A stretch of DNA of 64,000 nt from an uncultured Lentisphaerales bacterium (GCA_943788985.1 CALSSJ010000031.1:32001-96000), one strand, 5' to 3'; positions 42,301 through 52,500 are shown, numbered from the stretch's first letter. A program made the numbers and translations. Notes: generated by a model from the sequence alone, not told the origin.

Positions 42301-42721
42301 TACCCTCCTGGTTTGGCAGCAGCGCCTCCGGGCAGTCGGGCGTCTCTGCCAAGGTTGCCGTTGCGAACTCCGCAAAATCCAAAAAACCAGTTTCTGGCAC
42401 GATATTCATCCGCCGCGCTCGATTGATATTGTCATGTCCGACAATGTCCCAGACTAAAACATGCGGCGAAAGCGCGTACGGCGGCTCAGTATCCGAGATC
42501 CGAACGACCGTAAATAGCATCCGGATTGCCCGGGTGACTCGGGCCTCATACACCGGTTTGCGGACTCCGCGAAGTGCCTTCACCCGCGTCCCATTCCCCC
42601 AGTAGCCCAGCTGCAGCCGTTCTAGCGTCTTCTGCACCTCCCCCCGAAACGGGGTCGCCTGCCCGGCTAGAAGCCCCTTTAGACGATGATGAATCAGAAT
42701 ATTGTAGAAATCGGTAGCCAT
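39392..42721 (-). CDS. UvrD/SF1 helicase with N-terminal RelE-like domain and C-terminal TPR array (TRANK1-like)
   Basis: GTAGSGKT, DEGQD, ADPQQ, LTRNFRS, KGLEFD and YVAVTRAR, followed by a long region of AAECF/Y helical repeats. Confidence 0.88.
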   Translation of the reverse strand: MATDFYNILIHHRLKGLLAGQATPFRGEVQKTLERLQLGYWGNGTRVKALRGVRKPVYEARVTRAIRMLFTVVRISDTEPPYALSPHVLVWDIVGHDNINRARRMNIVPETGFLDFAEFATATLAETPDCPEALLPNQEGTPDLLEYVNDPLNVPETEAMVESIRWYELTPEIVADEAEWQALLDDPSVNDLELKLSREQAESVYLAGPVLLRGTAGSGKTTVSVYRLARLVMEQPQSRILYVTYSEPLLETVRSLFHDLFRSRRETPPRVPDFYTFPQLYAEIAGGELPSVRLAAFEEWYRQAYRLSDAALAWEEIRGIVKGACTEPGQVGLSREAYERLGRKRAPLFVAERPRLFKVYERYQGWLRAQNRSDDVDAARAALRQLAPAHVYDHVVCDEGQDLTEVELLLLLRLVRRMDGLLFAADPQQIVNPSGFRWAELRTLIRSQDRHTGAPDIYSLTRNFRSVHSIVSLANALLTIQRERTGRSDDDGLQSTTLHGPTPVIVHGTEEEVAAKINDFGPRCAVVVLESEARDRLAKLLGSERVFDVQSCKGLEFDACVLWNPLGGDREVWERLLVSDEPMREDPVARRAIHHTYVAVTRARRYLGIFESTAEARALWETAPFRGQLESDNAAALSKFMVFAASPEEWESEGDYFLARQRFRQAAECFRRAGKPVRERESLAGHYASVHAFGKAAELYLELSMALEAAECYAEAGKHLQAAELFANSAEWGRAAQAFERHSRMKEAADCYTKAGQAEESTRCRLAYFESRKMWKQAAKLCRKLDRIEQAIGLYRRAGMRREADDLRLSHGTESAKPEELAKVLERRGELLPAAEYYERAGEIVQAARCRAEVATGKGDWEAAEKIWAGAGQDDRAKLCRAQGCRSRQEYYQAACVFHELRRTKESQECLAVATCKRGVAMREGMALRAKGEFLKAAWALEDAELYEIACNCLVRTSQSGDTPEVNEFVIREGMRAGRDELLKLVSNESESRTKLLAAAFCEERERMRDAAKFHCWAKQFEAAERCQLEIGPEKEVARIRALAAEDGQNWELAAEHWLEAKRMNKHHTCAARHLEARGAYLEAAEHYDAMGQNRKAQACREHAQTTSF

Positions 42722-42776
42722 GCCGATACCTCTTCTCCACTTCGCCGTGGAAGCAAAACCGGAAACCGAAGTACGC

Positions 42777-43928
42777 CTACTCCCGCCCTTGGCGCATTCC
42801 CACGATCTCCACATCCAGGGCCGCATCCTCGGAAGATAATGGCAGGGTCAGATCGAACAACTCCGGCTGATACTCGCCAGTGGCAGGCGGCACCACCGTG
42901 ACTCCGATCCCGATCAGCCGCAAAGCGGCTTGATCCCAGTGAGTGCGCAGTAGCCGAAATGCCGCACGAAGAATCGGGCGCTCATGGTCTGTCCCCGGCG
43001 ACAGCGTGATTTGGCGCGTGATGGTACGAAAGTCTGCCCAGCGCAACTTCAGCACAACTGTCGTAGCGAGATACGAACGATCCTTCACACGCTCCGCGAC
43101 ATGAACCGCCAAGCCCAACAGACAGGCCTCGATAGTCGCCAAATCGCCACAGTCTTCGCCAAAGGTGTTCTCGTTCGAGATAGACTTGACCGCTGACGCC
43201 TGGGAAACCGGACGCTGATCGATGCCATGGCTAAGCGCGAAGAGCCGCTCTGCGCCCTCCTGCCCGAGCAAGCCGGTCAACGCCTCGGCACCGCAACGCT
43301 GCACATCCGCGACTTTGCGGAGTCCGCAACGCTCAAGGCGTACGGCGGACTTGGGCCCAATCCCCCAGAGTCGTTGCAGGGAAAGCGGGGCCAACATTGC
43401 GGAGATCGCAGCGGGTTCTCGTGGGACAAACGTGAGCCCATTCGGCTTTTGCAGGTCGCTGGCCAGCTTAGCCAGCAGCTTATTCGGCGCGATCCCAATC
43501 GAGGCGGTCAACCCAATCTCATGCCAAATCTGTGCCTTCAGTGACTCGGCAAGAGTAATTGCTTCTTCTGCTGACGACACCTGGTCCGTGACATCGAGAA
43601 ACGCCTCGTCGACAGAAAGGCCTTCCACTTGGCTGGTTACTGCCCGAAATACGCCAAACAGTTGGTGGGAAACGTCCCGATATTGCTGCATCCGAACGGG
43701 CATGAAATGCGCGTGGGGGCAGAGCCGATGCGCAGTGCGCGACGGCATTGCCGAATGCACCCCAAACTCGCGTGCTTCATAGGACGCCGTGCAGACGACC
43801 CCGCGCTTGTCAGGCGGTGCCCCGACGATTACCGGCTCGCCTCTTAGGTGCACAGAATCCCGCTGCTCGACAGACGCGTAGAACGCGTCCATGTCTACAT
43901 GAAAAATCCAGCGGTCGGTGTCGCTCAA
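42777..43928 (-). CDS. dinB: DNA polymerase IV
   Basis: HVDMDAFYASVE, ASYEAR, SVDEAFLD, NKLLAKLAS and KPNG. Confidence 0.96.
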   Translation of the reverse strand: MSDTDRWIFHVDMDAFYASVEQRDSVHLRGEPVIVGAPPDKRGVVCTASYEAREFGVHSAMPSRTAHRLCPHAHFMPVRMQQYRDVSHQLFGVFRAVTSQVEGLSVDEAFLDVTDQVSSAEEAITLAESLKAQIWHEIGLTASIGIAPNKLLAKLASDLQKPNGLTFVPREPAAISAMLAPLSLQRLWGIGPKSAVRLERCGLRKVADVQRCGAEALTGLLGQEGAERLFALSHGIDQRPVSQASAVKSISNENTFGEDCGDLATIEACLLGLAVHVAERVKDRSYLATTVVLKLRWADFRTITRQITLSPGTDHERPILRAAFRLLRTHWDQAALRLIGIGVTVVPPATGEYQPELFDLTLPLSSEDAALDVEIVGMRQGRE

Positions 43929-44992
43929 CGATTGACGTGAGCGCCCTCGCTATCGTGGGCCACATCCTTTGGCACACGATTCAGCTGGAGGCGAATCTCC
44001 TGATCGGCGGTCGTGTAGTAGACATCGCGCGCCTGTGCGATCATTTGCTGCAACGTCTCCTGAAACATTGTCACCAGCAAGGTGTTCCGCGAAGTCCGGT
44101 ACTTCGGTAGAATCTTCTCGAAGTAATCAGCATCGGCCTCGACTCCAGCACGCACCCGCTGGTTATAACTCTCTGCCTCGGCAAGAATCTGCGAGGCCTC
44201 GCCCTGAGCCTGTTGCCCGAGCTTGCGGCTGAAGGCGTGTGCCCCACTGCGGCGGCTCGAGTACTCGTTCTCTGCTTCGATCACCTGGGTAAAGGCATCC
44301 AAGACCTGTCGCGGGACCTCGCGCCGGTCGAAGTACACGTTGATCGAGCTCAAGTCAATACCCACATCCAAGGCGACCAGCTTGCGCTTGAAGCGCCGCT
44401 CTACGTTGCCACGTAAGGTCTCTGAGCCTTCGTAAATCGCGCTGTCGATCGGCGTGCCAGCGACTTCCTTCACGACAGCGTTGGCCAGTGCGTTCTGAAT
44501 CATCAAATCTGCCTGACCTTCCGCGTACCCGTAGTGATAGCGCTTCAGGTTATCGATCGTGAAGTTCACACTCCAGCGCCCATGAATCACATTGTAATCT
44601 CCGGTCAAAAGATAGCTGTCGGCCGCCGTGCGTAGAGTCTCAGGGTCCGGCGGCGGGCCTTGCTGGTTGGCGGCCGCCTCCTCGTACCAGAACGAGGCAA
44701 CCACGGTGTGGCTGCGGGCCGTACGCACGCGCACCACTGAGGCAAACGGCTTCGGTAGCGCATAGTACCCCTTGCCTGGCTTCAGAGCGTCGCCCTTTAC
44801 CGCCCCAAACTGCGAGATAAAGGCCTGCTCGTTGGCATCTAGAACCGTGTAGTTGGACACCACATAGCCAATGGCGACCAGCACCATCGAGATCACAAGA
44901 ATCCGTCGAGCCAACTTCGCGGTGCGAAGAACAGCTTCTTCGCCTTCGCCACGCTGGCGGCGGCTATTGAACTGGATATCGGGGATGGGCAT
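43925..44992 (-). CDS. SPFH/band-7 protein, HflK-like
   Basis: TM helix, YLLTGDYNVI, VPRQVLDAF and AQGEASQILAEAESY. Confidence 0.85.
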   Translation of the reverse strand: MPIPDIQFNSRRQRGEGEEAVLRTAKLARRILVISMVLVAIGYVVSNYTVLDANEQAFISQFGAVKGDALKPGKGYYALPKPFASVVRVRTARSHTVVASFWYEEAAANQQGPPPDPETLRTAADSYLLTGDYNVIHGRWSVNFTIDNLKRYHYGYAEGQADLMIQNALANAVVKEVAGTPIDSAIYEGSETLRGNVERRFKRKLVALDVGIDLSSINVYFDRREVPRQVLDAFTQVIEAENEYSSRRSGAHAFSRKLGQQAQGEASQILAEAESYNQRVRAGVEADADYFEKILPKYRTSRNTLLVTMFQETLQQMIAQARDVYYTTADQEIRLQLNRVPKDVAHDSEGAHVNR

Positions 44993-45003
44993 GATGCGCG
45001 GGC

Positions 45004-45996
45004 TTAGTTCCGGACCGCTGGCAGCTTGGTGCCGGGCCTTGACGTGGAGTCTTGGAAACGCTTGAGTGCAGAGAACGGCGGGGTATCTGGGTCAAAGAAC
45101 AGAGTTGCCCCATGACTCAACTTCTTGAGTGCTTCGACCTCGGCCAGAAACTCGGCAAGCTCAGGCTCCTGATTGAACACGTCGTAGAACTCGGCAGCTG
45201 CTGCGTCGGCCGCACCACGCACCTTTTTGGCGCTCGCTTCCGCCTGCGCCACCACGATCCGACGTTGGCTCTCTGCTTCGGCACGAATTCGCTGTGCTTC
45301 GGCATCGCCACGGGCGAGAATCTCCTGACGAGTCGCTTCACGCTCGGCCTTCATCCGCTCAAACACCGAGATGCTGACCTTCTCGGGCAGTCCGATTTGC
45401 TTGAGCCCGACATCTACGATCTCAATCCCGAACTGGTCAAGCGAGTGAGTTTGCATGCCCGCGAGCAGATCAGCTTCGATCTGGTCGATCTTCACTTTCG
45501 TGGCATTGACATTGATCAGATCGCCAAAGTCATAACGGCTGATCACGCCGCTGCGCGTACTGCGCAGCACATTCGTCAGCAGCTCTTCCGCGACCGCAAA
45601 GCTATCACGGGTCTGGTCCACTTCCTGCACGCTGCGCAGGTACTTCATGATCTGCTCTTCACTATTCTGAATCCGCCAGCAGACGTAGACGCCGATCACG
45701 ATATTCTTGCCGTCCCTCGTGAAGGTCTCTTCCAACTCGCCAATGTTGCCGTCAAAGCACCGCACTCGACGATCCTTGCGCCATACAGTCTCGACCGGCG
45801 TGGGTAGCTTGAAATGCAGGCCCGGTGCAGCAACTCGCACTGGATTTCCCCAGCGCGTGACCACGGCGTGCTCCGTCTCCTGCACTTGGAAGGTGAAGAG
45901 TGAAATGATAAATATCGCGCACACAGCCAGCACGACAACAATCAGCGGCTTGCTGCTGTGGTGCGTTTGCGGATCGGTATGAGTATGGTCTGCCAT
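45004..45996 (-). CDS. SPFH/band-7 protein, HflC-like
   Basis: AVVTRWGNP, PGLHFKLP, TRDGKNI, FGIEIVDVG and VFERMKAER. Confidence 0.9.
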   Translation of the reverse strand: MADHTHTDPQTHHSSKPLIVVVLAVCAIFIISLFTFQVQETEHAVVTRWGNPVRVAAPGLHFKLPTPVETVWRKDRRVRCFDGNIGELEETFTRDGKNIVIGVYVCWRIQNSEEQIMKYLRSVQEVDQTRDSFAVAEELLTNVLRSTRSGVISRYDFGDLINVNATKVKIDQIEADLLAGMQTHSLDQFGIEIVDVGLKQIGLPEKVSISVFERMKAEREATRQEILARGDAEAQRIRAEAESQRRIVVAQAEASAKKVRGAADAAAAEFYDVFNQEPELAEFLAEVEALKKLSHGATLFFDPDTPPFSALKRFQDSTSRPGTKLPAVRN

Positions 45997-46004
45997 GGTA
46001 TCCT

Positions 46005-47912
46005 CTACTTAAGCTTAAGGTCCCGAGTAAGATCAATCTCTGGATCTTCCTCGAGATTTACTTCTAGAATCTGTTTCGCACGAGTCGCAATAAACACGCA
46101 GCGCACGTCTCGCTCTGCCAGTGTCTCCATCATCAGACGTCGTGTGTAAATACTTGGTGCCTTCGCATACGCTGCACACTGCTGGGCAAACCGCAGCGAC
46201 CGCGCCTCCGGAATCAGCTTCCGCTCCTGGCGGTATGCCTCCGCATCGGCCGCCACACTGTCACTCAGCCCCTTCGCCTCATTCTGCCACGCGCGGGCAT
46301 CACCTTCTGCCCGCAACACTTTGGCCAGCAGTTCTTCTTGCGCACCAACTACCTGCTGGAAGGACTCGCCCGTTTCAACCGGTGGATGCAGATCCGTCAG
46401 CGCCACATAGGTGATCTCTACTCCCAACGGTGGCTTCACCGCCGCCACGGCCTCAGAAATCCGCCGCGTCAGCTTGGTCGCGGTGACTGTGCGACCACGA
46501 CCAACAACATCGTTAAAGCTCGACGATGCGAAGAACCGGACCAACTCGCGCTGGCAGACACCTGCCAACGGCACCCGAGGGTCATCATAGTTGTAGGCGT
46601 AAGCAAGCACATCGGCCTCAGTCTTGCCCACTCGGAAATGGATCGGGATATGAACCTGTAGCGCGGTCACCGGCACCAGTCGACTGTCCTCACCCACCTC
46701 TTCCTCGTCACTCGCAAGCAGAAAGTATCCTTCCAACGCCTCGTGGCGCTTATCCCAGGTGATCACCCGGCCTTGGGTCGTATCCAAATACGGGTCTTCG
46801 TCTTCGGGCATCCCCTCGTTCGCTTTCGCTTTCTTCTCCAACCCAACATCAATCGTCTGTACCTGGTGCGCTGGAACTCGACGAATGACCTGAAATGGCC
46901 ATGGCAGCTTCACGTGCAGGCCTGATTCGACCAGCTCCCGCTTTGAGGTGCCGCCCAGCGAGTAGGTCTCCCGAATACCAATCTCGTGCGCGCCTACCCC
47001 AACAAAACAGCCCAGCACATAGAGAATGGCAAGAGAGAGCGCCACTAGGGGCACACAGCCACGAACAACAATGGAATACACCCAGGTGTCTGAGACCTTC
47101 ACGCCAAACTGATAGTCGAGCGCAGCGGCGATATTCTCGGCGATGCTCCCGGGCTGGGTCACGAAACTCAGCGGCCGGCTCTCGTAGAGCGGTGTCACCG
47201 CTTCACCAGGAATGCGGGGCCGGTAGAAATCCAGCAGCGGACTCACTAGCAGTTCGATGGCAATAAGCGCCAGGATCGCCAAGGCTAAGATGCCGGCCGC
47301 CTTGCTCCAGCCCAGCTTCTCCTGCATCTCAGCCAACATCGCGGCCGCCAGCAAGAAGTTGAAGAACGCCGCCAGGAATGACATTTGCGCAATGGGACGC
47401 ATCCAGCGACAGCCAGCCTCACGCGAGACGCCATTCATGAAGCTTCCGCCGAGAATACACAGCACCGCCACAAATCCGGCAAATCCGGCAATGGGTACCG
47501 GAGACTGAGTCGCTGCGTTGCTGTGCGGCCCGAGGTCACGCAGCCAGAAGATGACGACGATCCCAAGCACCAACCCAACGAACACGCAGAAGATCCGAAC
47601 GCCATACTTTAGATACCCCTCGTACAACGCTCCGGCGATGCGGTCGTCACGGTCGTGGAACAGATCTTCACGGTCGTATTCGCGCTTGATCCGCCGACGG
47701 TCGTTATCCTCGTCGCGCATCGCGCGCTCTAAAAAATTGTGCCGCCAGCCAGCCAGAGCGAATAGCCAGATGATCTGAAATACCGCGGCAGCGGCCCAGG
47801 CAACAGGGTGGGAGATCCAGAACCCGGCCAGTAGAGCATACGCAATCAGCGCAAAAGTAATCAGCCCAGCAGTGCCTCTGGCGAGCAGTTCAGGACGTTG
47901 GGGCTTACTCAT
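46005..47912 (-). CDS. Polytopic membrane protein with C-terminal SPFH (HflK-like) domain
   Basis: Several N-terminal TM helices, then GLHVKLPWPF and DLHPPVET..SFQQVVGA. Confidence 0.82.
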   Translation of the reverse strand: MSKPQRPELLARGTAGLITFALIAYALLAGFWISHPVAWAAAAVFQIIWLFALAGWRHNFLERAMRDEDNDRRRIKREYDREDLFHDRDDRIAGALYEGYLKYGVRIFCVFVGLVLGIVVIFWLRDLGPHSNAATQSPVPIAGFAGFVAVLCILGGSFMNGVSREAGCRWMRPIAQMSFLAAFFNFLLAAAMLAEMQEKLGWSKAAGILALAILALIAIELLVSPLLDFYRPRIPGEAVTPLYESRPLSFVTQPGSIAENIAAALDYQFGVKVSDTWVYSIVVRGCVPLVALSLAILYVLGCFVGVGAHEIGIRETYSLGGTSKRELVESGLHVKLPWPFQVIRRVPAHQVQTIDVGLEKKAKANEGMPEDEDPYLDTTQGRVITWDKRHEALEGYFLLASDEEEVGEDSRLVPVTALQVHIPIHFRVGKTEADVLAYAYNYDDPRVPLAGVCQRELVRFFASSSFNDVVGRGRTVTATKLTRRISEAVAAVKPPLGVEITYVALTDLHPPVETGESFQQVVGAQEELLAKVLRAEGDARAWQNEAKGLSDSVAADAEAYRQERKLIPEARSLRFAQQCAAYAKAPSIYTRRLMMETLAERDVRCVFIATRAKQILEVNLEEDPEIDLTRDLKLK

Positions 47913-49922
47913 CGCACCGCCTCCACATCCAGCGCACCGATGCCGCTACCTTCTGCTTCTTCCGAAACCAGCAGCTCCTCGCCAAAGCGAAATAGTCGGG
48001 CGCTGTTGAACAGCACGATAAAGCTGCCGATGTTATGCAAAGCTGCGGCGATTAGAACCTTCAGCACAGAGTCGCGCATCCCGAGTGTATCCGCCAGCTG
48101 CCTGAGCTGGGCATCACCAAAAATGAACATCGCGATGCCCCCCCACGATCACCGCTACCCCCAGCACCAAGTTCTGTAGAATGGTTGTCCGTGTCTTACG
48201 GGACAGCCCGATTAACGTCGGGATGCGGCGCAAATCCGTGCTCATCAGCGCGATCGAGGCACTGTTCAGAGCCACGTCGCTGCCAATAGCCCCCATGGCG
48301 ATCCCAATATTTCCGGCGGCCAAGGCGGGCGCGTCATTGACGCCATCGCCAATCACCGCAACCGTAGCCCCGCGTTTTTTCAACTCTTCGACGTAGGCCA
48401 CTTTGTCCTGCGGTAGACACTCGCTGACCACGTCATCCATCTTCAGCCGGGCGCTCACCTGCTCGGCCACAGTCCGGTTGTCGCCGGTGACCATGCTGCA
48501 AAGCAACACACCGTTCTCGCGCGCCTGCTCAATCGCTTCAGCCGCGTGTTCGCGCACCGTGTCACGCATCCCAACCCAGCCCAAGACGCGAGAGCCATTA
48601 GCCACGTAGACCACGCTCATCCCGCTCTGCTCTTCGGCTTCCTCTTCCTTGCGCGGGAGCGTAATCTTATTCTCCTCCAACCACGTGCCGCGCCCCACCC
48701 GGATGACTCCGTTCGGCGTATGGGCAAGCACGCCTCGGCCCGGCACTTCTTCTGAAGACTCGGGCGACGTCCAGCTCACATTTGCGGTCTTCGCAAGATT
48801 TCGCAGCGCAATCGCAGCCGGATGATTACTGGCGGCTTCCGCGGTGACAGCGGCAGACAGCAACTCAGACAACTCAACACCTTCTGCTGGTGCCAGCTTC
48901 TTCACCGCCAGCACGCCGTGGGTCAAGGTCCCCGTCTTATCACAGACCAGAGCGTTGATCCCCGCAGCAGCCTCGATTTGCACCACGTCCTTGACCAGAA
49001 TACCCAGCCGGGCCGCGGCCGCAATGGCCGCCACTGCCGCGGACGGCGTCGCGATCACCAAAGCGCACGGGCAGGCCATCACTAGGATCAAAACCACGCG
49101 CATCAGGTCGGCTGTGAAAAACCAGACGATCGCACTGACCATCAGAATGGTCGGCGTGTAATAGCGCACGTACTGATCAATAATCCGCATGATTGGCGTG
49201 CGAGTCTTCTCTGCGGCCAAAATCAGGTCCCGCACCTTCCCCAACGTCGTGTCCTCACCAAGGCGAGTGACTTCCACCACGATCGCACCCGTCAGATTCT
49301 CGGTCCCGGCAAAGACCTCATCGCCCTGGCTCTTATCGACCGGCAACGATTCACCAGTGATCGATGCTTGATTAACGGCCGACACGCCGCTGACGAGGGT
49401 GCCATCTACCGGAAAATTCTCACCAGGACGCACGCGAATTTTATCGCCGATCTTCAGTGCCAGCGCGGCAACCTCGGTCTCCGCGCCATCCTCCCCGAGC
49501 CGACGGGCCGTACTAGGGGCCATCTTCACCAAATCTTCGACAGAACGCATTGCGCCAATCGCCGTACGCTCCTCGATCAGGATGGCAGTCCACATAAAAA
49601 AGGCCACAATTCCGGCCTCCTGATACTTGCCAAGCACAAACGCGGCCAGAATCGCAAGCCCGACCAGTTCATTCATTAAGAAACGGCCGCTCATAATGTC
49701 GCTGATCGCGGTCTTCAGCAGTGGATAAGACAGGATGGCTGCCCCGGCGATCGCACAGATCATCGAAGCGTAGGGCTGGTCGTCATGCACCAGCCATTGC
49801 GAAATCATAGAAGTCAGAACCAAAACGGCCCCGCACAGCGCCACGCCTACATGGACCGTCGGATGGCTGTGATTGCAGCCGCCGCAGTGCTCGTCCGCGA
49901 TTCGTTCGTAACCTTTTCGCAT
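47909..49922 (-). CDS. Heavy-metal P1B-type ATPase (ZntA/CadA-like); apparent frameshift in a G7 run at 48138-48144
   Basis: TGES, CPC, DKTGT, HP and GDGVNDAPA. The last TM helices (AAALHNIGSFIVLFNSARL) lie in the 47909-48130 frame. N-terminal HCGGCNHSH. Confidence 0.9.
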
Positions 49923-50251
49923 ATATCCCCGATTATAGCCTCAGTCCTACCTCGCCTTCTAATATTCGCCACAAAGGGCGAAGTCATGTAAAAGCTGCAA
50001 TCAACCGGTAATAATGCGTGCCCTAGTGGAATTCGCAACAGCCCCCCCCTGGATCTTTCCGGCTACAACCCATGCACCAATGGACACTCGGCGTACACCC
50101 TAGGGCATTCCTGGAACACAACTCTGCGCAAAATCGCCTCCAAATCCGCCACATCCCCCTAACCCACAACATCTTATGAACCATTCAGCACAACTTGGCA
50201 CGAATGCTTCTTTCAAGCGATCCATCAACGCCACACACGGAGAAGCACACC

Positions 50252-52008
50252 ATGAATACTGCGCCAGAACCAACACCTGCTCTGCACCTCGACAGCATCC
50301 CGGGCTTGCCAAACGTTCCCATAGTTCCCTGCATTCAGAATCCACTAGAACGGCTCTTGGGCCTGGAGCGCTGCAATCAGGTGCTCGCCAAGATTCCGGC
50401 TGACAGAACCGGAACTGCCTTCGTCGCCGCCGCGCTCGAGCAATTGCAGATCGCGACAGATGCAGCGGAGGCTGACCTAGCGAACATCCCGGAAACCGGC
50501 GGCGTGATGATTGTCGCCAACCACCCGTATGGTATGCTCGATGGCCTCCTCGTACTCGACCTCATTGCCCGCAAGCGCAAGGACGTACGCTTCATGGGCA
50601 ACGACGCTCTGGCCGCGATCCCACAGCTCGGCGACCTGCTGCTGGGCGTAGACCTCTGGAACGGCGGCAAGCGCAGCAATGCCATGGCGCTGCGGCGTTC
50701 CATCCAATGGCTCCGCGAAGGCGGGGCACTCGTCGTCTTCCCCGCTGGCCGAGTCTCCGCCCCGCGTCTCGACCGCGCAGTTGTCATGGACCGTCCTTGG
50801 CAGCCCTCCATCGGCGGCATCCTGCGCCATGCCGGCTGCCCTGCCCTGCCCGTCCATGTGAGCGGCCAAGCCGGGCTAGTCACCCAGCTGGGTGGCCTCT
50901 TGAATCGCCACATCCGCCTCCTGGCGCAGCCGCATCAGCTCACCAGCAGTGCCAACCGCACCTTTCAGATCCAGGTGGGCCATCCGGTCGATGCCAAACG
51001 TCTCGCCGCTTGCAAGGACGATCGCGACCGGAGCGAGTACCTGCAGTTTCGCAGCTACCTCCTCGCCGAGCGCGGCCGCACCGAGCGCGGGCCCTCACAC
51101 GACAGATCAGCCCGAGCAGCCCATCGCGTCTCCCCGAGAGCGTAGCCAGCTGATTGCGGAGATCGCAGACCTCAGCCCGCTCTGCACCAAGGGCACTCGC
51201 GACGTTTATGTCACAACCGGCAACTATTCGCCGAACATCCTCCACGAGCTTGGTCGCCTTCGCGAACTGACCTTCCGCGAGGTCGGTGAGGGCACCGGCA
51301 ACGCGCTCGACATCGACGACTACGACGATCACTGCGATCAGCTGCTCATCTGGGATCGCGAGGACCAGGAAATCGTAGGCGCCTACCGCTTGCGGGAAGT
51401 CAACGCCGACACAGACTCACGTGAGCTCTACTGCCACACGTCTGTACAAGCTCAAGCGCGGGTTCATGGGCCAGATCGGCCACGGCATCGAGCTTGGCCG
51501 CTCCTTCATCCAGCCATGCTATCAGCGCCAATTCAACTCCCTGCTCCTGCTCTGGCAGGGCATTGGTGCCTACGTCCAGCAGCGCCCCGGCGCCACCAAG
51601 CTCTTCGGCGCGGTCAGCATCAGCGCCGCGTACTCGCCCGCCTCGCGCCAAGCCATCCAGGAAGTCCTCGCGCACATCCGTACAGACAACCCGTTTGCGG
51701 AGTTCGCAACGCCACGCAATCCAGCGCGCTTCACCCCGTTGCGCCCGTTTCAGCGCGCAGCGCTCACCCGCTGGGGCTGCAGTGTCGAAGAACTCTCCGA
51801 GTGGATCGCCGACCTCGAGCCCAACCCCGACCTTCAGCACATTCCCGTCCTGATCCGCCAGTACGCTCGCCTCGGGGCAGTCTTCGCCAGCTTCAACGTC
51901 GATCCCGACTTTTCCTGCGCCATGGATGGGCTCATCGTCGTAGACCTCGAGCAGACCGAGCCACGCCAGCTCCGCCGCCTCTTCGGCAAGACCTGGTCGC
52001 TGACGTAG
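50252..52008 (+). pseudogene. Bifunctional PlsC-like acyltransferase + GNAT (OlsF/hemolysin-like), two frameshifts (about 51090 and 51437)
   Basis: ANHPYG..DG and FPAG; ELGRLRELTFREVGEG and VGAYRL; ELGRSFI and FNVDPDF, in three consecutive frames. Confidence 0.85.
51920..51998 (+). repeat. 79-bp direct repeat, copy 1 (3' end of the acyltransferase gene)
   Basis: Matches 58367-58445 with 3 mismatches. Confidence 0.95.
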
Positions 52009-52259
52009 AGAACTCCGGATAGGCCGGCGGCTTGTCAGCAGTTAGGGCCCACGCGAAAATAGCGTTCTCACCCCAGAGCGATGCCAGCAAAGCGCTCCAA
52101 TGGCTCGGCGCAGGCCACCCCCGCTATCCGCCAAGAGCAATATGATGAAATATCGGCGCGTCCCTCGCCAAAGGCTGGTGACCGTGCCGGAACGGCAGCG
52201 AAAGCCGGCAACCTTCCTGGTCTGCAATGCCGATTCCCCACGGCGAGCAGCTCCCCTCC

Positions 52260-52345
52260 GCCCAGAGGGGCGACACATGTCCTGCCGGTGGCGTGAGCCC
52301 CCGGATCACCCTCCTCACCCTTGAGCCCGGCGGGCGACACCGGCA
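52260..52345. repeat. REP-like element with two GCCC-N-GGGCGACAC units
   Basis: GCCCAGAGGGGCGACAC and GCCCGGCGGGCGACAC. A related AGCCCCGGAGGGGTGTGACAC occurs near 24167. Confidence 0.55.
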
Positions 52346-52468
52346 TATGGGGAGGGGGGAACGTTGTGCCGGCCACCGGCCTTTCTGCCCGCCGAGGTCT
52401 GCGGGGCGCCGCCCTGCGATGCCTTGCATCCTCGCGCTGCGGACTTCGCACCGGCAGGTGCTCCGACT

Positions 52469-52500
52469 GATGCAAATTGCCTGTCCCCACGCCGAAGGCC
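52469..52500 (-). repeat. Stand-alone Y1-associated end repeat (inverted orientation)
   Basis: GATGCAAATTGCCTGTCCCCACGCCGAAGGCC is the reverse complement of GGCCTTCGGC-GTGGGGACAGGCAATTTGCATC. Confidence 0.9.

Noticed and set aside
49923..50251. Metal-sensing riboswitch upstream of the P1B-ATPase
   Set aside because: No recognisable NiCo, yybP-ykoY or M-box consensus by eye. An Rfam scan would be needed.
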